Source of the DNA: Lepidodermella squamata
Taxonomy: Eukaryota; Animalia; Gastrotricha
Length of the DNA stretch: 64,000 bases
Assembly (NCBI GenBank): GCA_047495785.1
Contig: JBLDXI010000012.1
Coordinates: forward strand, 496,001-560,000
Direction of reading: 5' to 3'
Below the pieces are notes generated by a model, which searched no databases, was not told the origin of the DNA, and was given only the letters and a program-made list of their open reading frames with translations. Of the stretch, positions 26,457-36,791 are shown piece after piece; position 1 is the stretch's first letter, and each line of letters starts with the position of its first letter. The translations under genes were made by a program, and so were the position numbers.

Positions 26457-27782
26457 TCAGATCAAGGAAGCAAGTCGTGTATAGTTCCAAGCATGAGGAC
26501 ATAGATCAATTCGTTTCAGCCGAGCCAAATGTGATTCGAACGCGCCTCGTTTTGATGAGTAATTTTCCGACTCGAAGGAGAATTCCAGCTGATTCACGTT
26601 CGCAGTTCTGTTGCCGAAATCACCACAGTATTTCGGCCGAAGATCTTCATTATCAGACGTGCTGTAGCAGACACCTTTCCTCAGAACATCCCGCAATGGG
26701 TTGCCATTTTTCTGATAAGTGTAATGAATTGCCACGTGGGGCCGCGTGTTGTTGAACGCTCGCCCATCCTTCAGCCCATCGACCTCATGCCAATCGCCTA
26801 TCTGACCTGCGGCGTTATTCGGGGCGCCGTTGTTTTCGATGACCCAAAAATAATCGTCGCGAAATTTATGCCACAGAATCGTGCACATGACGCTGAACTC
26901 GGAGAATGCGGACTTTTTTACAGATTCTGCGAATGCCTGGTCGAAATTCGACTGATTCATATGAGCCGTTATAATCTGACGCATAGCTTTCAGATGCTCC
27001 ATCTTCACGATAACAGGGAAATAGGTCATGCAATATCCAATCTCTAAAATACCGTAAATACCCCATGGAATTCAGTTATATTAACAATTAATACCTTTCA
27101 TTCCGGTAATTTCGAAAGTTCTAGTCGGAACCTCGTACCAATATCCACCTGACTCTTTCGCTCGGCCGTAAACTGGCCGAACTATTGGTTTGCCCTCAAG
27201 AAACAAGTCCCCAGGCGTGACTCGAGTTATGAAAAGCGTGTCAGTGTCGACGAATCCTACGAATTCTGCCGTTGTGAAATTATCAGACCAGAATTTCAGC
27301 CACTGAGCTTTGTACCAGCCAGCATTTCCGCTGATTTCGAACGGCTGTACAGGGATGGATCTTATCTCCGGAGTTATTCCAGCTATGTTGTATGCAAAGT
27401 TTGCGATCTTTGCGACGAAGTCCAGGTGCCCGCCTGATGCCATCTCGTCGGTTATCATTATCAAATCGACAGTATCTTGAGGCCAAAATAGCGCGAAAGA
27501 TGGGAGGAACCAATTTTGCAATTCATCAACGCTATTGTTTGAAGGACTAACTGGCATGAGCAATACAAGTGAAGGCCATGGCTGACTGCATCTATCAGTA
27601 GAGGTACTCAAAGTAAAGTTACGAAGTCTTCGACCAAGATTTCTCAGAAAGCCGTCAACTTGTTTGAAGTCGGCAATCGTTCCTGGTAAGAAGTACTCCA
27701 CTTGGGTTACGTTGAATATTAAAAAACAAATGAGCATTATTAGAGCCAAGCATTTCGTGGTCCAGCCGAAGTTTGGTGCCAT
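26457..27782 (-). CDS. Type II membrane glycosyltransferase-like protein (DxD), paralog 1 (424 aa; intron 27044-27094)
   Basis: N-terminal TM anchor; WFLPSFALFWP, GWYKAQWLKFWSDNFT, FVGFVDTDTLF, CMTYFPVIVK, INQLEF-like C-terminal block. Confidence 0.75.
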
Positions 27783-28220
27783 GTCGTCTGATTTTTCGAG
27801 TTATATATAAATCTAGCCCTGATGCATAGCTCGACGTCAGCTTGACAATAGGATCTTTCTCATGCCTATGACTTGAGCCATACGCACCGATAAAAACTGG
27901 TGTAAAGTCATCAGTTTTCAGGAAAAATATTGATCGCTCGAAACGTGTCGCTAATATAGCTGAGTGCTGAATTACAAATGAGCAAAAATTTCGATTTTCG
28001 GGCCCGCGCGAGTTTAGAATTGGTGTCAATTTGCAATTTGCACCTATCTCAATTTGGAATTTCATCGATTTCAAAATGTTGTTGTGAAATTTGAGATTAT
28101 GGCGTAAACTATTACGTTAGTAACGCAGATCCTGCTGAAAAAGTATTAAATCCACTTTACCATCATTAATGGTTATTATTATAGTCTTTATTAACGTTTC
28201 TAAGCCAAACACGATGCAAT

Positions 28221-29620
28221 TTAGGTTGGTAGAGGATCTGAAATACTTTTGAGTAAGTCTGTGTTCCAACTGTGAGGACAAAGATCCAACCTCGCCAGCC
28301 GCTTCAAATGGGAATCTTGAGCTCTTGCATCATCCGAAAAATCGTCTCTCTCAAATGCGAATTCGAGCTGATTAATTTGGTCGCGTCGAAAATTCTGGCA
28401 GTATAGTGGTAATGGATCATCAACGCCTGGGATCATGCCGTAGCAAATCCCCTTCCGAAAGACATCTTGTATTGCATTGCCCCGCTTTTGATATGAATAG
28501 TGCATTGCTATTCGAGGCTGGGTTCGATTGAAAATTTCCCCGTCAGCCATTCCATCAATTTGCCGCCAATCGCTAACTTGCCCCATAGAATTGGGTGGCT
28601 CTTTGTTGTTTTCAACGATCCAGTAATATTCATCGCGGAAAAGGTTCCACATCAAAGTGCAAAACACGCTGTATTCCGACAATCGATCAGCCCAAATAAT
28701 CGAGGCGATCGACTGGTCGAAAGTAAGGCCGGTCCTGTTTGTGATCCACTCGCGCATTATCGGGAAATGAGCTCTTTTTATCACGACTGGAAAGTATGAC
28801 ATGCAATAAAATGGCTCTAAAAACGAAAAATCTGTCATTAAAATCTGAAAATATTCGACAGCCAACCTTCGAAACCCGTCAGCTTGAAAGTGAATTGAGG
28901 AACATCGTGCCAGTATCCTATTGCCTCTTTAGCTTGCCCATATACAGGTCTAACTATGGGTTTATCGCCGAAGAAAATGTCTTGCAAAGTTATCCGCGAT
29001 ATAAAAACGGTGTCAGTGTCAACAAATCCAACGTAATCCGAGTTAGTAAAATTTTCCGCCCAAAATTTCAACCACTGAGCCTTGTACCAGCCAGGTTTCT
29101 TGCGGACGTCTAACCGCATGTTCGGAATCAACCTCACGCTAGTCCTTTCCCGGATTGAAGATGACAAATTGAATGTTGATTCAAGATCGTCAAGGTCGAA
29201 TGCGTAATCAAACGTTGGGTGACGCAGTTCGGGGTCCCTTTCGTCGGTTAAAATCAGGAGATTGGGTCGGTGAACATCCGGCCAAAATAGCGCGTAAGAT
29301 GGCAAAAACCAGTCTTTGAACTCGAAAAAGCTTTCATTTTGCCAGCTCATCGGCAATAGTAGTGACAACTCGGGCCAACGCTCGTTGCATTTTGCTCTGT
29401 TTATTAGTTTTGAAGGGGGATATGGAAATCTGATTCGAATGTAAGCCAGAACGAGGGAAAAGGAGAGTATTAAGGCTAAAATTGCCAGGAGGCTTTTGCG
29501 AGTGCAGCTCGACTGATCTTCAAGATTTTTCCGCCACCGTTTAGAGTCGAAAAATCCGTGAACAATATGCAAGGCCGGTAAGACGTAATCTCCAGATTCC
29601 GATGGTTGATCGGGATGCAT
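28221..29620 (-). CDS. Type II membrane glycosyltransferase-like protein (DxD), paralog 2 (449 aa; intron 28817-28866)
   Basis: TM anchor; WFLPSYALFWP, GWYKAQWLKFWAENFT, YVGFVDTDTVF, CMSYFPVVIK. The intron is at the equivalent position and phase to paralog 1. Confidence 0.75.
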
Positions 29621-31529
29621 ATGGCCCAGTGGTCAAAGATCATCAGCCACAAACTCTCACGCTATGTATCCATGAAATAAATTCCATGTATCTTTCCTAT
29701 TTGGTATCCATTCATCGCCTTTAATTCAGCTTTTAATTCAGATTTGTAAACAACAAACAACGTTTTCTTTCAATACTTTTCCTCATGTATATTCATAATT
29801 TTCGCAAATTTGAATAATGATACATGTGAGTCGGCGGTTTTTGGCACCGTGCCGTTATGAATGGCAAATAAATGAATGATTGTGGCTTGTGGGCGTTCAT
29901 CTCAAATATTATGTAAAACCAGAACTCGCCGATAAAAAAAGCTATTAGCGAAATAACTTTTATTAGAATTGTTTATCTTTCGGTACCCACGCCTCTATTA
30001 AACTTGTCACAAATTGGAAACACAAGAAACATGAGCCACTTGCAAGCTATGTAATCCAATTACTATAATATCGTCGATTTTTTTCAGCCCACATTCTCAA
30101 GGGCGAGAGTTTAAGTGCCCGTCATCTCGAAGGCATGGAAACCTGAAAATTGATTAAACTGATTAAATAATAAATTGGCAGTTGTTCATAATCGATTACG
30201 GTCACTATGGCTCGCTCGGCGGCAACAACCCGAGTGGCTAAAATATTGGCATTAATTGAATACGTGGGCAAATTGTCGTAAAAAGTGATTCACCTAATTT
30301 ATTTCAATATCAATTCCCCTGATAAAAGTCTAAATTTAGGAGGATAAAATTTTTTAGTTTCTCACTTATGCGCTCTCGTCCAACTCTCTGTTGTAAAATC
30401 GTGGGCGCAGATTTTCAAAAAAACAACGCGGGTTGAGAGATGATTGAACAATAATATATCGCGAATTTGCGAAATGACAGCTGATTGCGCCGGTGGTATA
30501 TACTAAATGTTTCATCAATAGTGGGTGGCTATAGGAATAGCCGGTGCGTATTTGATATTTATCAAAAAGGACAATGCCTACCATTCGCGCCGAATAACAG
30601 TAGCTTTTAAGTCAATTTATATCGCACATCAAAAAATTGCGTCCAAGCCATTTCACCGCAGGGCAAAAGGGATTATTCGTTTTGCTGACCAGCTAATCTA
30701 TTAGATTACAAGTTCAAGTTTCATCCAATACGCTAAATGCTAAATCAATCGCTACCCAATTTAGAATCGGCTGATTTCAGCCATTTTTTCTTGTGGGGGT
30801 AATCAGAGATAATAAATTGCGATTTTATGATTTCAGGCATGATGCCAACTTGCTAAAATGTAATGTTTGATATGTTAATCAGTGCGCTTTTTAGTTTTGA
30901 TTCACCCTGTAGTGGGTGGGAGTTTCGCTATGACCTTCTATCCAGAATTTAACTCTCTTAATTAACAATTGTTTGCGATCCGTTGGCGCAATTCCCACTG
31001 CCTCGCTTTCCGGCTTGGCCGAAGAGTAAGCCGCAATCGGCTATCGCCTGCAAAACCTATCACCGCGCCGAGTCAATATTTGCCAATTGCGAAGCGCGAT
31101 TTTTATTACATTATGACATGATAAAAGAACAAAATAAACAAAAACCCACGTAAGCATCAAGAGTGCTATAAAGCGCACTAAAGTTTCAGCTCTACGCATC
31201 AGCCCAATTCCTGTTCACCTTCAGATTTTTGGCCCAAAGATCGGTCAGTTACTTGCGAAAATTGCAATCGTCCCTATGACAATCACGCGCTCATCTCAAT
31301 CGCATTTGCCCGTCAATATCGCGATTTTGCTTTATGAAACTATAAACATTTAAATGCTCCTGAATTATGCATCACCCCTTGATTTCCCAATAGAGATGCG
31401 CGACTCATCCATGCTATCGATTCGACCAGCCAAATAATATTATAATTCATTTAATTCAAAGCGACCTGTTTATAATTTTGTTATCAGTTTTTTTCGTGAT
31501 AGTTCTCTATTGATTAACTAAGCAAAATT

Positions 31530-32051
31530 ATGATGCAGCAAGATTCTTTCATTTTCCACCTTGCCGTTTTCGGAGCACTAGCCTTTGTCTGCGTTTCTGG
31601 AGCTCGAACAGTTCTGCCTGATAACGCAGCTTACGAAGACGAGGACTATTTGGACGTTCTAGTTCCCGAGGAAGATGACCCGCGACTTTCGAATTTGATC
31701 ATAGCCAAGCGATCGGGACAGCAGCCTCAGCAAGCTCAAGTGTTGGAGGAGTCGATGAATATCCTGCGCAACATGCCGCCGAATGTTCTTGAGGCCGTGC
31801 TGCAGGCGGCGATGAAGAACAACGCAGAAAGTACCGGAGATGATGGTTGCCCGAAGTCGTGGCCGCGATCTCTCTGCAAACAGCCGAGCAGCTTCTACGT
31901 CTGGCTGCAGGAGCTGAGACGTAAAGAAAAGGAACGCGAAGTGGCGCAAGATGTCAAGAAAGTTCTGGCGCAAATCGTCATGCGATCGGCTCTCCTCAAG
32001 CAACAGCAAAAGCAGGCAGCGGCTGCGGCGGCGGCGGCGGCGCGTCTGTAA
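31530..32051 (+). CDS. Secreted CX8C-helix family member 4 (173 aa, intronless CDS), prepropeptide-like
   Basis: Signal peptide, acidic pro-region, KR site, core CPKSWPRSLCKQPSSFYVWLQELRRKEKERE, Gln/Ala-rich tail. Confidence 0.85.
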   Translation: MMQQDSFIFHLAVFGALAFVCVSGARTVLPDNAAYEDEDYLDVLVPEEDDPRLSNLIIAKRSGQQPQQAQVLEESMNILRNMPPNVLEAVLQAAMKNNAESTGDDGCPKSWPRSLCKQPSSFYVWLQELRRKEKEREVAQDVKKVLAQIVMRSALLKQQQKQAAAAAAAAARL

Positions 32052-33458
32052 AAGTCGTTGATAGTTCTCCCTTTATATTGAGCTGATTTAAAGTTATGTT
32101 CGCATACAAATATTTTCTCATCTCTAGTCAATATTTCACCTTTTACACAGTCAGCTAGAATCCTGTTTTCTAAAGAAACTTGGAGCTGAATCTTTTGCAA
32201 TTCTTAACTTATTTTTCTTATCGAAAGTTCGAAATCCTCAAATAATGTTCACTACGTACCTAATTCTTGAGCTCTATAGCAAATATTTCGCTGTGAAATA
32301 AAACGATCATTTTTAACCAATAAATGTTGTTTATACGACGGGTCGATTGGTTACAATTCAGGGGCGTAACCAGGAAAAGTTGTTGGTTGTTGTTATATTA
32401 GATCTAAGAGTGAAATTTTCATTTTCCCCAGGAGAATCCAAGATCGACGATTGCCGATTTTCAATAAGAAATATCGACGATATTGGGATTTCGAGATCGG
32501 CGAGAAAATTTTCGGACATTTTGCAAACATTTCCTCCACGTTATTAGCAATATGAGCCATTTTCTTAAGAAAAAAGGCCGGCTATTTCGAGCTTTCATTG
32601 TTGTTTGAACAACCAACACAGCCAGCCGACTGCTCCAAGTTGCAAGAGTAATTTTTACTTGAAAACACTGAAATTAGGAACTCAGGAGTTCTTCTCGGCT
32701 CCAGCAACCTCATCAGCGGAGAATATTGATATGCTACAAGCTACCTATTCATAAGCTTGGAGAATGTTGAAAGAGGATACCTGATGATATAAGGTGCCTG
32801 GCGAAGGAATTTTTGGCAAACATGTTAAATGGGACTTAAATGGGCAAATATACAGTTGCACTGGAAGTAGGGCGTGGTTCGATTTCTGCGATTCACTCAT
32901 TATCATTGATGGCATCCGGGATGTCCGGTATTGTCCGGAAGAAATAAGGTGAATGTGATGGAAGCATGGAATTTATGCATGTGGTTACAATCAAGTCATT
33001 ATGGTGACGGAAGTCCTACTCTTTCCGCTAAATCATGCCAATATAAAGTTTGACTTCAGTTGTGAAATACATACATAAAATTCGATGGGTCAAAAAAAAT
33101 GAACCCACTTGAAATTATTTCTTCTTCTTGTCCCCTGACAATCCTCCTAGATTAAGTGTTTTCTAGTTTAAGCGCGTGCAATACTAGAGCATCGCTGCGT
33201 CTGGCGGGTGTAAATTAATTTCACACGATTGCGCCAGCTCATCGGACAACGTCTCGCAACCCCCTCCCTCTTAAAACTCTATCCATTTTTGAGACTTTTT
33301 GATCCAATTTATGCGATATTATGTTTGGATTTTCTATGATTGGGATACAAGATAAAACCTGGATTAGATATGTCTGAGCCCTTCATCTATCAGCCTTCAG
33401 CTAAAAATAATCTTCATTTTATTAGAGCTACATTTACTAACTCATAAGTGATCTCAGC

Positions 33459-33841
33459 ATGGCGGTTAAGCTATGGATTTTCGCCTGCTTATTCGCCGTT
33501 GCTACGCTCTTTGCCCATGTGGCTGTCGCTGATAGCTCATCCGATGAAGCTTTGAATTCGCTCGACTCCACGGAAGTCATGAAAAGAAGCGAAAATAAAG
33601 ACTGCCCCAAGTCATGGTAAAAACATCAGCCTTTCCAGGCCTTTAATTATCTATTATTTTTCGCATTTTTAGGCCCAAATCTCTCTGCAACCAGCCAAGC
33701 AGTTTCTACCTCTGGCTTTCCGACTTCAGACGAAAGGAGAAGGAAAAGGAACGGACTGAGGACTTGAAACAAATGTTGGCACGAGCTATCATCAGCACTG
33801 CCTTGATGAAGCAACAAGCTTTAAAACAACAGCAAGATTAA
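33459..33841 (+). CDS. Secreted CX8C-helix family member 5 (108 aa; exons 33459-33616, 33673-33841); absent from the ORF track
   Basis: Spliced translation: MAVKLWIFACLFAVATLFAHVAVA-DSSSDEALNSLDSTEVM-KR-SENKDCPKSWPKSLCNQPSSFYLWLSDFRRKEKEKERTEDLKQMLARAIISTALMKQQALKQQQD*. Confidence 0.88.
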
Positions 33842-33962
33842 TCCAGTTCGGTTCCCGGCGGGTTCTGTTATACTTATATAGGTCAAACGCTTTTACAAAT
33901 AAATTAGCGAATATTTCGTGTCAATTTCACGGAGTGCATAATTTACAATTCAAAGCCAATTC

Positions 33963-34214
33963 GATAAGATAGCGAAACTGACGCGGCAATAGCGACTATA
34001 TTGCGTCATGTGTTCCAGGGTGAAGATAAAAAGATTCGTATGTTTACATTGCGCCGGGCGATAAAGTATATGCACTTCGCTATTGCTGTTTATGTGATAA
34101 ATTTCGGCGTGGTAGGTACTGCTTCAATGATAAAACGGTGTAGAGAAAAAAACCAACCTACACTTTTATGATTAGTTTCAGCATCGAGTGATTCACAGAT
34201 CGCTCTGTATAAAA
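33963..34214 (+). promoter_or_regulatory. Candidate promoter of the His-rich gene H1: GATA and forkhead site cluster plus TATA box
   Basis: Same-orientation GATAA at 33963, 34025, 34060, 34096 and 34129; TGTTTAC at 34041; TGTTTAT at 34087; TATAAAA at 34208-34214. Confidence 0.5.
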
Positions 34215-34519
34215 GCCAGCTGCGTGTAGTACATTTTTTGGCTCGGCGAATTAGCCTTTATTATAATACAGAGGAAAAAATCTCTTATGTCGGGCATAGC
34301 AAAAGGTGGCGCTTTTATTATCAGGGTAATATTTTCTTATCGAGCCAGTCTTGTTTTTTTTCTTTTTTGTATTACTTTCACACAGATTGCCCCGTTGTAT
34401 TCCTCTCATTGCTTAAGGCGTTCTTGCAAAATATCTCAACTTTCGCATCAATCCCTTCTTACAATTATTATTATAGGAAACCAATTAATTAATTGTTTCT
34501 TGATTTTAACCAGTCAGCA

Positions 34520-35101
34520 ATGTGTAAGCCTTGATTATTTTTAATTGAATTTCACCCAATTTTTTCTATCATTTTTAGCTCACCATCATCATCACCACGA
34601 TTCCCACCATCATCACCACTAGTAATTCTCATCCAAATTATTTAATAATTTATATAATCCAACTATTTTACAGCGTTTCCCCAGTTGTTGTGAGTCAACT
34701 CATATGAGTAAAGGCAGTACGATTTTTAATTTTTTTTTCTAAAAAGGATCACTGCCACACTACTCCCGCAGTTGGTAAGCTTCGGTTTCACTGTGCGATT
34801 TCTTGCTAAATTGAGAATTTTTTTCATAGTTTACCCAGCACATGGCTACGTTGCCCCGGCAGTTCACCACCAACCAGCTTATGTTCAAGTACGCATTGCA
34901 GATTCCTATTATAGTTCTTTTTAGCTTTACTCGCGATATTTCCTTGTACAGCCAGCTGTTGTAGTCCAGCCGCCTGTTGTTCACCACGTCGACACTCATC
35001 ACCACCACGGTGTTGGACATGCTGTTGGCCATGCGATTAGCGATGCCCTTTTCGGCCATCACCACCACAACTCTCATCATCACCATCACGGCCACCATTA
35101 A
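34520..35101 (+). CDS. His-rich small protein H1 (99 aa, 35 His; six coding exons of 4, 43, 16, 28, 59 and 150 nt)
   Basis: Exons 34520-34523, 34579-34621, 34674-34689, 34747-34774, 34830-34888 and 34952-35101 join in frame through five GT-AG introns: MSHHHHHHDSHHHHHYVSPVVDHCHTTPAVVYPAHG...HHHHGVGHAVGHAISDALFGHHHHNSHHHHHGHH*. Confidence 0.82.
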
Positions 35102-35459
35102 GCTGGGCATTGATGCGCGACAATGTGGTGCTGAATTTACACGCGAAATTTCCAGGATGAATCATGACTACTATATAATAGCCTAAATTTGCCTTTGTAC
35201 CGTCTGGACACGTGTTGGGTGTTGGAATTTATTCACACGTAGTCTGCTATACGAATATTATATACTCCAAGCTTCTTGCTCGGTGAATCATTGCAAGGTT
35301 GTGCGTATGTTAATTTCTTGATTGCTTCCAGATTCTATTCCTGACTTCCAACGCTAATTCCTTTTTTCGAAACAATATTTTGCTTTGAGAATAATCACAA
35401 ATTTATTTATTTAGGGTTTTATTTTATTGCTAAAGCGCTAACTACTTCTTTGAAAGACA

Positions 35460-35881
35460 ATGTGTAAGTTATTGCAGTAATTTTTTGTGACGGAATTGTA
35501 ATGGAGATATCATTTTTCAGCTCATCATCATCATTGCCACGACAACTATTAGTAAGTTTGAGAATTTCCTGAAACTCGCAGTTTTAATCAGCCAATTTTT
35601 ATTTTAACAGCGTGCCACCTTGCATTACTCCAGCTGTCACCCCTGCGGTAGTCTATCCGGCTCCAATTGGTTATCCTCAGCCTCAGGCGTACTACCCAGG
35701 TCAACCGGCCTATAACCCGTACCAGCCGGCATACAACCCAGGTTACCCGATGGCCCAAGCTCCGGTTATCGTTCCGCAACCTACCACTGTCATCTATGAT
35801 TCGCATCATCACCACGGCCACGGAATCGGTCACGCCATCAGCGATGCTCTGTTTGGCCATCACCACCACGGTCATTGCTGA
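35460..35881 (+). CDS. His/Pro/Tyr-rich small protein H2 (101 aa; exons 35460-35463, 35521-35551, 35611-35881), paralog of H1
   Basis: MSHHHHCHDNYYVPPCITPAVTPAVVYPA...HHHHGHGIGHAISDALFGHHHHGHC*. The first two introns match H1 in position and phase. Confidence 0.82.
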
Positions 35882-36791
35882 AACTGAGCTTCCGAAGAGC
35901 GAGAACTAAACATTTTGCATTTTATTTAGCGCCTATGCGCCGAATTTAGTTTTTGCTTTTTATTTTCTGCTAAATAACTCGATTAATATAAGGATTGCTT
36001 CAATGTGAAAATGTAAACTTTAAAACCGGTGCTGTTTTAGTTATTTGTCATCATGGTTCGGCTGAAAGCACGACAAAAAAAATAAAAATTATAATCCAAT
36101 ATGAGAGTTCTTGCTAGAAGTAAAGCGGAGAAACGCCGAGAAATCACTGATGAGCATTGATGCGGTAAAATCAATTTCTGTAATCGTCGCCGAGACAAAT
36201 TAAGGAACTTACTAAGGTCATCTCAATCCAAGATCCGAGATCCAAGGCACCTGGAACAGGATGAGATTGGATTCTCGAAATCAAGATTTGCAATTTCAAA
36301 TACCGATTCATTTTGAAGGGTTGGCTTTCCTTCTACCAACAGCGAAAATATGAGGCGAAAAACGGGGTTGATCATATTATTTCCAGTTCACATCCGTCGC
36401 TAGCTGAACATTTTTGTTCCGCAGGTGCGTAAAATGGGAGACGTGACTTCAGTTTAGTTGTCTTAACGCCTTGGATGCCCAATGAAAGATCCGAGATTCG
36501 AGTTTAGATCTTGTTTCTTATTGTTTCTTTATTATTATTTCTCAACTTCCCTATTACATTCTCAACTTCCCATTTAAGTGTAAATGTCGGAATTTGACTA
36601 TTAAAAAAATTGGCACTTCGAGTGATCAGTGAATTATCAATCTGTTGCGTAACCAGTTTGTGTTACATCAATTTATGAGTTTCATTGCGTAACACAAAGC
36701 GATTTTATTTCATAGGAATAAAACATTATGTTTAGATTCGCTCGATAAGATCATTCAATTTCGACGATCAGAAGAAACTTTTATAATCGAG

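Noticed and set aside
31530-33841. Assignment of the CX8C family to elevenin, MCH, calcitonin, CRF/DH44 or 7B2
   Set aside because: Only loop size or general architecture is shared; diagnostic residues and amidation signals are missing.
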